DNA from: an uncultured Candidatus Saccharibacteria bacterium
GTDB taxonomy: Bacteria > Patescibacteriota > Minisyncoccia > Phycocordibacterales > UBA9973
Direction: 5' to 3'
Length of the DNA: 46,430 nt
Assembly: GCA_964439045.1 (NCBI GenBank)
Contig: CAYTMO010000003.1
Span: forward strand, 1 to 46,430
Made by a program: the position numbers and the translations under genes. The notes beneath the pieces are model-generated. The model was given only the letters and a program-made list of their open reading frames with translations, was not told the DNA's origin and searched no databases. How positions within the stretch are numbered: the stretch's first letter is position 1; each line of letters begins with the position of its first letter. Positions 16,814 to 25,128 of this stretch are shown here, piece after piece.

Positions 16814-17824
16814 ATGGCTGCTCTTTCGACGCAGTTCCCGACGCTCCTCGATCTCGCCAAGATTTCCGACCCGGATGGCAAGATCGCGACCGTCGTGGAG
16901 ATCTTGAACCAGGAGAACGCGATCCTGGAGGACATGGTGTGGTTGGAGGGCAACCTCCCGACCGGCCATCGCACGACCATCCGCACCGGCATCCCGGCCC
17001 CGACGTGGCGCAAGCTCTACTCGGGCGTCCAGCCGAACAAGTCGACCACCATCCAGGTGACCGACAACTGCGGCATGCTGGAGGCGTACGCCGAGGTCGA
17101 CAAGGCCCTCGCGGACCTCAACGGCAACTCCGCGCAGTGGCGTCTCTCCGAGGACCGTGCCCACATCGAGGGCATGTACCAGGAGCTGGCCTCGACCCTG
17201 ATCTTCGGCAACGACAGCGTCGACGAAGCGGAGTTCACCGGCCTCGCCGCGCGCTTCAACTCGACGACCGCGGCCAATGCCGAGAACATCATCGTCGGCG
17301 GCTCGGCCGGCGGTCAGACCGACAACAACTCGATCTGGCTGGTTGCCTGGGGTCCGAACACGGTCCACGGCATCATCCCGAAGGGCTCGAAGGCTGGCCT
17401 CCAGGTCACCGACAAGGGTCAGGTCACGATCGAGGACGCCTCGGGCGGCAGCAACACCGGCCGCATGGAAGCCTACCGGACGCACTACCGCTGGGACTGC
17501 GGTCTCTCGGTTCGCGACTGGCGCTACGTCGTGCGCATCCCGAACATCGACAAGTCGCTCCTGGCCACCAGTGTCGGATCCGGCGCCGACCTCCCGGATC
17601 TCATGTATCAGGCGATGCGTCGCCTGCCGAGCATGGGCCTGGGCAAGCCGGTGTTCTATATGTCGCGTGACATGCTGACCATGCTCCAGCGCCAGCTCTC
17701 CTACAAGACGAAGGACAGCTCGCTCATGGTCGAGAATGTCGGCGGTGTGCTCACGGACAAGTTCCACGGCATCCCGATCCGTCGCGTTGACGTCCTCGCC
17801 GCTGACGAAGCGCGCGTGGCCTGA
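16814..17824 (+). CDS. Major capsid protein (336 aa)
   Basis: AAGGAG RBS. The N-terminal LNQENAILEDMVWLEGNLPTGH motif is recognised from BPP-1-type capsid proteins. Position follows the scaffold gene. Confidence 0.85.
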   Translation: MAALSTQFPTLLDLAKISDPDGKIATVVEILNQENAILEDMVWLEGNLPTGHRTTIRTGIPAPTWRKLYSGVQPNKSTTIQVTDNCGMLEAYAEVDKALADLNGNSAQWRLSEDRAHIEGMYQELASTLIFGNDSVDEAEFTGLAARFNSTTAANAENIIVGGSAGGQTDNNSIWLVAWGPNTVHGIIPKGSKAGLQVTDKGQVTIEDASGGSNTGRMEAYRTHYRWDCGLSVRDWRYVVRIPNIDKSLLATSVGSGADLPDLMYQAMRRLPSMGLGKPVFYMSRDMLTMLQRQLSYKTKDSSLMVENVGGVLTDKFHGIPIRRVDVLAADEARVA

Positions 17825-17861
17825 TCGCTGACCCCCAACCAGTAGAAGAAGGAACCCCCAC

Positions 17862-18311
17862 ATGATCGTGGACAAGCTTGCCGAGTTCGGCGAGGACTTT
17901 TCGGTCGCTTCGACCGCCGGCACCCTGCTCTTTACCAACCAGATCGATCTCGGCGCCGCCGGCCGTGACATCGGCAATGGTCAGACGGTCTTCCTGGTGC
18001 TCTGCGTCACGGAGGCGGTCTCGACGGGCTCCAGCCCGACGATCAACTTCCGTCTGCGTTCGGATGACACCGCGTCGACCCACGCCACAACGTCGTCCGC
18101 GCACTTCGAGACCGGCGCCATCGCGGCGTCGGCGCTCACCGCGGGCACTCGTCTGGTGTTCGCTGTGCCGCAGGCCGGCGCGGTCGCTTACGAGCGCTAC
18201 TTGGGCCTTCAGGCGGTCGTAGCGACGGCGACCACGACGACGGGCAAGGTCTCGGCCTTCCTGTCGCGCGACCCGGCCAACTGGGCGGCCATCGCCGACG
18301 CTTCGAACTGA
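17862..18311 (+). CDS. Bbp16-like capsid cement/decoration protein (149 aa)
   Basis: MIVDKLAEFGEDFSV...NQIDLGAAGRDIGNG pattern typical of the Bbp16 family. Directly after the capsid gene. Confidence 0.75.
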   Translation: MIVDKLAEFGEDFSVASTAGTLLFTNQIDLGAAGRDIGNGQTVFLVLCVTEAVSTGSSPTINFRLRSDDTASTHATTSSAHFETGAIAASALTAGTRLVFAVPQAGAVAYERYLGLQAVVATATTTTGKVSAFLSRDPANWAAIADASN

Positions 18312-18320
18312 AGCTGACTA

Positions 18321-18357
18321 GGGGCCGGTGTCACGTGATGCCGGCCCCACTCTTTCA
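18321..18357 (+). terminator. Hairpin terminator/attenuator after the capsid-cement genes
   Basis: GGGGCCGG at 18321-18328 pairs with CCGGCCCC at 18341-18348, followed by ACTCTTTC. The loop and inner stem carry the TCACGTGA palindrome. Confidence 0.5.
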
Positions 18358-18369
18358 AGGAGAATGGGG

Positions 18370-18732
18370 ATGAAGGTTCGTCTCAAGGATTTGTGGTTCG
18401 GGCCGTCCGAGGTCGCGAACGAAGGCAAGCTCAATCAGGTCACCGGGCGGCGCTACCGCCCTGGCGTGCATTTCTTCCCTCCCGAGATGAAGGCGCTGCT
18501 GCCGAAGTCCGCCGTGATCCTCGAAGACGACACCCCGGTGCCGGAGCCCGTCAAGGGGGAGCCGGGATCGACGCTGCGCGACTTCGACGAAGCGCGGGCG
18601 GCGGCCGACAGGCAGGACAAGGTCGAGCAGGAAGCCGAGCAGGAGCGCCTGCGCTTGCGCGCCGAGCAGATGAAGCGCGAGCTGGAAGGCGAGGACGAGG
18701 CTCCGGTCAAGAAGGCCAAGAAGAAGGGCTGA
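18370..18732 (+). CDS. Hypothetical virion-module protein (120 aa) with a charged coiled C-terminus
   Basis: ATG at 18370 lies 7 nt after AAGGAG. The GTG at 18328 used in the ORF track sits inside the terminator hairpin. Confidence 0.6.
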   Translation: MKVRLKDLWFGPSEVANEGKLNQVTGRRYRPGVHFFPPEMKALLPKSAVILEDDTPVPEPVKGEPGSTLRDFDEARAAADRQDKVEQEAEQERLRLRAEQMKRELEGEDEAPVKKAKKKG

Positions 18733-18737
18733 CGTAA

Positions 18738-19343
18738 ATGCTCTCTGTCTCCGACACCTTCATTGCGAACGCGGCGCTCGAACAGATCGGCGCGAAGTCG
18801 GGGATACAGAACCTCAACGAAAACAGCGTCGAGGCGAAGGCGTGCAAGTTCTGGTACGACTTCTGCCGCGTGCATGTGCTGGAGGCGTACAACTGGGGCT
18901 TCGCGCGCAAGCGCCTCTCCCTGGCCTCCTCCTCCGACGACCCGCCCGAGGGCATCTGGGGTTACCGCTACCAGTACCCGGTAGACTGCGTGAAAGCGCG
19001 CGAGATCGAGAACCCCCTTGGCGATACCTACGACGCGATCCCGTTCGAGATCGAGCAAACCTCGGACGGTACGGCCAAGACGATCCTGACCGACGCCGAC
19101 GAAGCGATCCTGATCTACACGCGCGACGTGCAGCAGACCTCGCTGTTCCCGGCACACTTCATCGACACGTTGGCCGCCCAGCTCGCCTCGCGCATCGCGT
19201 TGAAGCTCACGGGCAAGCGTACGATCCGCGACGACATGCAGAAGCTCTACGCGAGCTTGCTGTCGGTTGCCCCGGCGCACGACGCCAACGAAGCCGTCAA
19301 GGACAAGCCGCGGGAAGCTGAGTGGAATAGGGCGAGGGGCTGA
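18738..19343 (+). CDS. Tail tubular protein A / adaptor (T7 gp11-like, 201 aa)
   Basis: Size, position before the nozzle gene, and the N-terminal ...ANAALEQIGAKSGIQNLNENS... pattern typical of gp11-like adaptors. Confidence 0.7.
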   Translation: MLSVSDTFIANAALEQIGAKSGIQNLNENSVEAKACKFWYDFCRVHVLEAYNWGFARKRLSLASSSDDPPEGIWGYRYQYPVDCVKAREIENPLGDTYDAIPFEIEQTSDGTAKTILTDADEAILIYTRDVQQTSLFPAHFIDTLAAQLASRIALKLTGKRTIRDDMQKLYASLLSVAPAHDANEAVKDKPREAEWNRARG

Positions 19344-19344
19344 G

Positions 19345-22158
19345 GTGGCCACATTCATCCAGCCATCGTTCAGCAAGGGTGAGCTGGCGCCGTCGCTGTA
19401 CGCGCGCGTAGACACCCAAGCCTATCAGGTCGGCGTACGCACCGCGCTCAACTGCTTCGTCCATGCGACAGGCGGCTTGAGCAACCGCGCCGGCACGACG
19501 TTCCTGGCCCCGGTCAAGGACCACAGCTACGCGCCGTCGTTCGTCGAGTTCCAGTTCAAGACGACCGACACGTACCTGCTGGAGTTCGGCGACGAGTACA
19601 TGCGCGTCTACCGCAACGACGTGCTTCTGACCGAGGCGGCCAAGAACATCACGGGCATCACGAAGGCGAACCCCGCGGTCGTGACTTCCAACAGCCACGG
19701 CTTCAGCAACGGAGACGACGTCTACATCGAAGGCGTCGTCGGCATGACCGAGGTCAACGGGCGCTGGTTCCGCGTCGCTGGCCAGACCACGAACACGTTC
19801 CAACTTACCGATCAGGTCGACGGCACGAACATCAACAGCTCCGCGTACACGACCTATTCGTCGGCTGGCACGGTGGCCAAGGTCTACGAGATTTCGACGC
19901 CATACGCGATCGCGGACGTTCCCACCATTAAGTACGTGCAGTCTGCGGATATCATGACGCTGACGCACAGTTCGTACCCCATCTACGAGCTTTCGCGAGC
20001 GGGGCACACGACCTGGACGCTGGCAGCAGCGACGTTCCAACCGTCCCAAACCTACCCAACCGCCATGTCTGTGTCGGTCGGCTCGGCTGGCGCTGCCACC
20101 TACAAATACAAGGTCACTGCGATCGCCGCAGAGACGGCGGAGGAGAGCCTCGCCGGGCTCAATAACACAACGCTGACGATCACCAACGCCACGCAGGCCA
20201 ACCCTGTTGTCGTGTCCGTCACGACCCATGGCCTGTCGACCGGCGACGAGATCTACATCGCGAGCGTCGGGGGTATGACCCAGCTCAACGGGCGCCGCTT
20301 CATCATCGACAACATCGGGGCTGGCAGTTTCTCCCTGCGCGGGATCGACGGCTCGGCATACTCCGCCTACACGTCAGGCGGCACTGCCCGGCGCACCTTC
20401 GTGGTGGCCGCTTCTTCGTCCACGACGACCAACAACACGATCTCGTGGACCGCGGCAACTGGGGCGCAGAAGTACGCGGTCTACAAGCAGTCCAACGGCC
20501 TGTACGGGCTCATCGGCGAGACGGAGGACGTTTCCTTTGTCGATAGCAACATCGCTGCGGACCTGGACCTCTCGCCTCCGTCGTCTCGTAACCCGTTCGA
20601 AGGCACCGGGAACTACCCCGGCACCGCCAGCTACTACGAGCAGCGCCGGATCTTCGGCGGCTCAGCTTCCGCCCCCGACACGAGCGAATACTCGCAAACG
20701 GGCCGCCAGAACAACTTCAGCGTATCGTCGCCATCTCAGGCGGATGACGCAATCACGGCCACTCTCGCCGCCCGCCAAGTAAACGAGATCCGCCATTACA
20801 TCCCCGGCAACGACCTCATCACGTTGACCAGCGGCAGCGAGTGGCGCGTCAACTCGGGCGCCGACAGCGCCTTCTCCGCCGCCACGCTCAAGCAGAAGCC
20901 GCAGTCCTCCTGGGGCTCGTCGCATCTGCGTCCGCTCGTCTTCGGCAATGTCGTCCTCTACGTGCCTGAGGACCGCTACCGCATCCGCAGCCTGGGCTAC
21001 TCGCTCCAGAGCGACGCCTACACCGGCTCGGATATGACCGTGCTGGCCAACCACATCTTCGAGAACTATGGCATCTCGGACTGGGCGGCGGCGCGGGCGC
21101 CCGAGCCGATCGTGTACGCGGTCAGGGAAGACGGCGCCCTGGCCTGCATGACGTTCCAGCCCGAGCAGGAAGTGAACGGCTTCACGCGCTGGACCACCAA
21201 GGGCAAGTTCGAGACGGTGGGCGTGCTACCGGCGAACTCCAACGAGGGCGATCGCGAGGACCGCGTCTACTTCGTGGTCAAGCGCCGCGCCAACGGCAAG
21301 ACCGTGCGCTACGTCGAGCGCCTGCATCGGCGCCGGTTCGAAGACGTGCGTGACGCCTACTTCGTCGACTGCGGGCTGTCGCTCGATGAGCCGAAGGCCA
21401 TCACAGGGATTACGTCCGCCAACCCGGTCGTCGTCACTTCGGCGGCGCACGGCTTCGAGAACGGCGACTACGTGGACTTCAGCGACATCATGTGGGAGCC
21501 GACCTACGATGAGTTCGACACCGAGAGCCAGCCGGACCAGTTGAACCTGAAGCGCTACGTCGTGCGCAACAAGGCCACCAATACGTTCGAGCTGGAAGAC
21601 CTCGATGGCTCCCCGGTCGACGGCTCGGCTTTTGCTGCGTACGTCGAGGGCGGCTACGCGCGCAAGGCGGTGCTGACGCTGACCGGGCTCAACCATCTCG
21701 AAGGCTGGGAAGTCGCCGTGCTGGCTGATGGCAGCGTCGTGAACGGTCTGACGGTCTCCGGCGGTTCGATCACTCTGCCGCGCCGCGCGAGCCGCGTGCA
21801 TGTCGGGCTCAAGTACACGAGCGATATCGAGACGCTGAACATCGAGAGCCCTGGCCAGGGCACGTTGCAGGGCAAGCTCAAGCGCGTCGTCGCCGTGACG
21901 GTGCGCTTGCTGAAGTCCCGCGGCCTGTGGCACGGCCCGAAGTTCGACAACCTGACCGAAGCCAAGCAGCGCGGGACAGAGGACTACGACGAGCCGACGC
22001 AGCTTCTCACCGGGGACCTCGAACTGGCCACGCCGTCCGAGTGGAACAAGAACGGGCGCATCTGCTTCCGCCAGCGTGACCCGCTGCCGATGACGCTCCT
22101 GGCTGTCATCCCCGACGTGCACCTCGGCGAAAGCGACAGTCGATCGGATGATCAGTGA
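19345..22158 (+). CDS. Tail tubular protein B / nozzle (T7 gp12-like, 937 aa) with three inserted repeat domains
   Basis: GTG at 19345 gives VATFIQPSFSKGELAPSLYARVD, a typical gp12-like N-terminus. The repeat (ITxANPxVVTSxxHGxxxGDxVyI...G...LNGRxF) occurs three times, starting near aa 101, 277 and 674. Confidence 0.8.
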   Translation: MATFIQPSFSKGELAPSLYARVDTQAYQVGVRTALNCFVHATGGLSNRAGTTFLAPVKDHSYAPSFVEFQFKTTDTYLLEFGDEYMRVYRNDVLLTEAAKNITGITKANPAVVTSNSHGFSNGDDVYIEGVVGMTEVNGRWFRVAGQTTNTFQLTDQVDGTNINSSAYTTYSSAGTVAKVYEISTPYAIADVPTIKYVQSADIMTLTHSSYPIYELSRAGHTTWTLAAATFQPSQTYPTAMSVSVGSAGAATYKYKVTAIAAETAEESLAGLNNTTLTITNATQANPVVVSVTTHGLSTGDEIYIASVGGMTQLNGRRFIIDNIGAGSFSLRGIDGSAYSAYTSGGTARRTFVVAASSSTTTNNTISWTAATGAQKYAVYKQSNGLYGLIGETEDVSFVDSNIAADLDLSPPSSRNPFEGTGNYPGTASYYEQRRIFGGSASAPDTSEYSQTGRQNNFSVSSPSQADDAITATLAARQVNEIRHYIPGNDLITLTSGSEWRVNSGADSAFSAATLKQKPQSSWGSSHLRPLVFGNVVLYVPEDRYRIRSLGYSLQSDAYTGSDMTVLANHIFENYGISDWAAARAPEPIVYAVREDGALACMTFQPEQEVNGFTRWTTKGKFETVGVLPANSNEGDREDRVYFVVKRRANGKTVRYVERLHRRRFEDVRDAYFVDCGLSLDEPKAITGITSANPVVVTSAAHGFENGDYVDFSDIMWEPTYDEFDTESQPDQLNLKRYVVRNKATNTFELEDLDGSPVDGSAFAAYVEGGYARKAVLTLTGLNHLEGWEVAVLADGSVVNGLTVSGGSITLPRRASRVHVGLKYTSDIETLNIESPGQGTLQGKLKRVVAVTVRLLKSRGLWHGPKFDNLTEAKQRGTEDYDEPTQLLTGDLELATPSEWNKNGRICFRQRDPLPMTLLAVIPDVHLGESDSRSDDQ

Positions 22159-22616
22159 TCTACGGCATGGACATAGCCTCCAGCCAGGATCTGGAGTTCA
22201 TCGCCGCGAACATGGACCCAGCAGACGTGGCCGAGGTATGGGCGATGGGGCGCAAGACGCCCCTCGAAGCCTTGGAGGCGTCGTCCAAGGTTTCACGTGA
22301 GACCTACGTCGGACTGGCCTACGGGGTGCCTATCTGCGCCTTCGGCATCGGACAGCGCACGCTGCTGGACAACGTCGGCATCCCTTGGCTGCTCGGCACG
22401 CCCGAAATCCGCAAGCACCCGAGGCCCTTCCTGCGCGTCTCCAAGAACTGGGTCGAGCGGGCGGCGCGGGGGTACACCAGACTTGAAAACTGGGTCGACG
22501 TCCGTCATACTAGGGCGGTGAAGTGGCTCAAGTGGTTGGGCTTCACGGTCGAAGCACCTACGCCTTTCGGGCCTGACCTGATGCCGTTCCACCGTTTCCA
22601 CATGGAGAGCCGATAA
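22155..22616 (+). CDS. Virion protein at the T7 gp13 position (153 aa)
   Basis: GTGA overlap with the nozzle gene stop; an alternative ATG is at 22167. First of four consecutive overlapping genes. Confidence 0.6.
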   Translation: MIYGMDIASSQDLEFIAANMDPADVAEVWAMGRKTPLEALEASSKVSRETYVGLAYGVPICAFGIGQRTLLDNVGIPWLLGTPEIRKHPRPFLRVSKNWVERAARGYTRLENWVDVRHTRAVKWLKWLGFTVEAPTPFGPDLMPFHRFHMESR

Positions 22617-23176
22617 TGGGCGCCGCGCTACCGATCCTCTCAATCGTAGGAAGCGTGATTGGCACCGCGTTCTCTGCGGTCGGCCAGATGCAACAGGGCA
22701 AGGCTGCGGCGGCGCAGGCGGAGTACCAAGCCGCGGTCGGGCGCAACAACGCAATCCTGGCCCAGCGCGCAGCCGACGATGCCCGCCTCCGCGGCGATGA
22801 AGCCGCCCGGCGCGAGGCCAGCAAGAACAAGCAGCTCATGGGCCGCCAGCGAGCAGTCCTGGCCGCCAACGGCGTCCTCGTTGACCAGGGCAGTGCGCTT
22901 GATATCACAGGCGACACGGCCGAAATCGGCAAGCTCGACGAGCTTACCATCCGGTCCAACGCCGAGCGCGAGGCGCTGGGATACGAGGCCCAGGGCATGA
23001 ATTTCAACGCTTCTTCGCAGCTCAACCAAATGCGCGCCGACAACGCGACGTCCTCAGGGATGGGGTCCGCCTTCGGCACTGTGCTGACGGGCGCCGGAAC
23101 GGTGGCCAGCAAGTGGTACCAGTTCAAGAAGGAGGGTGTTGACCTCGGTAGTGCCTCCAGCTTCGGGCTTGGCTGA
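22616..23176 (+). CDS. Internal virion/ejection protein, small (gp14 position, 186 aa)
   Basis: TAATG overlap. Hydrophobic N-terminus (ALPILSIVGSVIGTAF) followed by a coiled region. Confidence 0.65.
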   Translation: MGAALPILSIVGSVIGTAFSAVGQMQQGKAAAAQAEYQAAVGRNNAILAQRAADDARLRGDEAARREASKNKQLMGRQRAVLAANGVLVDQGSALDITGDTAEIGKLDELTIRSNAEREALGYEAQGMNFNASSQLNQMRADNATSSGMGSAFGTVLTGAGTVASKWYQFKKEGVDLGSASSFGLG

Positions 23177-25128
23177 TGCCGACAGTCCCGCAAGCCGCCC
23201 CGAGCGTCCAGTCCCGCCCGCTAGACCCCGGCTACCAGAACGCCAGCTCCGCCTCGCTTGACGCCTTCGGGGCATTGCAGGGCGCAGGGCTAGCCCAGAC
23301 CGGCGCTCGCCTCCAGGGCGTCTCTGACGAGTTCGGGCGCCTCGCGCTGAAGGCGCAGATGGAGGACAACGAACGCGAGGCGAAGAAGCTCGACATCGAG
23401 CTTTCGTCGACTCTGCGATCGATCAACTACGGGGACGGCACGGCTCAGAACCCAGGGTACTTCGGCCTCAAGGGCGAAGCTGCGCTCCAGGGCTACGGCA
23501 ACGCCCAGAAGGCGGTGCAGGAGGCCCAGAAGAAGCTGCTGGAAAGCGGGAAGAACGACCGCGTCAAGCAGATGTTCGGCGAGGTCGCAGCCCGGCGCGT
23601 CGAGAGCGAGCTGAACACCATGGCCCGCTTCGTTGGCCAGGAGCGCGTTCGCGCCGCCGACACCGTCTCCGAGGCTCGGCTGTCCGAAGCGGCCAACGAT
23701 GCGGCCAAGGCGTGGAACAACCCCACGATAATCCAGCGGTCGGTCGGACTGGCGGTCAACGAGATCAAGGACATGGCTCAGCGCAATGGCTGGGGGCCTG
23801 AGGTCGAGGCGGCGAAGGTCCGCGAGGCCACGTCTGTGATCGCTACGGGCGCTGCCAAGGCCGCCCTGGCGGTCGAGGCTACCGGAGCTGCCCAGCGCAT
23901 TTTCAAGCAGTACGAAGGCAGCTTCAGCCCTGAGGCGCGGGCGTCGATCTCGAAGCAGATCCGCGACGGCTCCGTGCAGCATTCGGCGCAGGCGCTACGC
24001 GATCAGGCCATCGCTCTGCATCCTGGGGATCTGGAGAAGCAGGCCGAGTTCATCCGCCAGCGGGCGAGCGGCAAGGTCGAAGACGCTGCGCTGAGCAGCA
24101 TCTCCACTTGGCATTCGATCCAGCGCGCTTCTGAAGCCGATCGTCAGCGCACGCAAGACAAGGCGCTGCGCGGCGAGGCGCAAAGAGCCGCGGACTCGAT
24201 CCTGAAAGCTGACCCGCTCGACATGGACGCGCGTATTGCTGCTGCGCGGGCGATCGAGAACCCTGAGCTGCGTGACGCCGTGGAAGCTCGCCTTCGGGCG
24301 GAAGACAACTACCGCCGCCAGGAACTTCAGGACTTCACCCAGGTGGGCGCGGAAGCCGAGCGCAAGGCGCGCATGGCCGAAGCTCAGCGTCTCGTGGCGG
24401 AGAAGGAGCAGAACAAGCTCGCCTACAAGACCGCGGATGAGCTGATCACCCAGGGCGGCAGCTTGGACGCGCTGTCTTCGGAGCTTCGGTCGATCCTGAC
24501 GCCCGAGCAGCGCAAGGCGCTTGAGACCTATGAGGAACGCCGGGCCAAGGGCATGGAGTTCCCCAAGGCTTCGGACGGCGTGAAGCTCAACGAGTATTTG
24601 CAGATGCCACCGGACGAGCTTGGCGCGGTGTCGCAGTCCGAGCTGAAGACGCACCTGTCGCGCGAAGACTACACGGTGGTCGAGCGCCTGCGTCAGCAGA
24701 GCCTCCAGGGCAAGCGCGACCCGTCGAACCCATACTCGATCCAGTCGCGCGTTCGGCAGAAGACCATGGACCTGCTCGGGCCGGCGGACACGGACGCGAA
24801 GAAGTCCAGGCACGCGCGCATCCAGGCCATTGTCGAGGAAGAACTCGAACGCGAGCGTCGAACGACGAAGAAGCCCGTGACGGTGGCCCGCGAGAAAGAG
24901 ATCATCGACGGTGCTTTCGACAAGGTTCTCATGCCTGGGTTCGGGTTCTCGGTTACCGGGCGTCAAGTCGAGACGCCGGTCTACGACGCGGTCAAGGATA
25001 TCCCGGAAGCCGATCGCAAGCAGATCGTGTCGGCGTTCAAGGCGAGGTTCGGAAGCCCGCCGACGATGATGCAGATGCTCCAATTCTACCGTGAGAAGCT
25101 GGCGCGTGACAAAGAGCAGAAGCGCTGA
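23176..25128 (+). CDS. Internal virion/ejection protein (gp15 position, 650 aa)
   Basis: TGATG overlap. Highly helical composition rich in Ala, Glu, Arg and Lys. Confidence 0.65.
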   Translation: MPTVPQAAPSVQSRPLDPGYQNASSASLDAFGALQGAGLAQTGARLQGVSDEFGRLALKAQMEDNEREAKKLDIELSSTLRSINYGDGTAQNPGYFGLKGEAALQGYGNAQKAVQEAQKKLLESGKNDRVKQMFGEVAARRVESELNTMARFVGQERVRAADTVSEARLSEAANDAAKAWNNPTIIQRSVGLAVNEIKDMAQRNGWGPEVEAAKVREATSVIATGAAKAALAVEATGAAQRIFKQYEGSFSPEARASISKQIRDGSVQHSAQALRDQAIALHPGDLEKQAEFIRQRASGKVEDAALSSISTWHSIQRASEADRQRTQDKALRGEAQRAADSILKADPLDMDARIAAARAIENPELRDAVEARLRAEDNYRRQELQDFTQVGAEAERKARMAEAQRLVAEKEQNKLAYKTADELITQGGSLDALSSELRSILTPEQRKALETYEERRAKGMEFPKASDGVKLNEYLQMPPDELGAVSQSELKTHLSREDYTVVERLRQQSLQGKRDPSNPYSIQSRVRQKTMDLLGPADTDAKKSRHARIQAIVEEELERERRTTKKPVTVAREKEIIDGAFDKVLMPGFGFSVTGRQVETPVYDAVKDIPEADRKQIVSAFKARFGSPPTMMQMLQFYREKLARDKEQKR

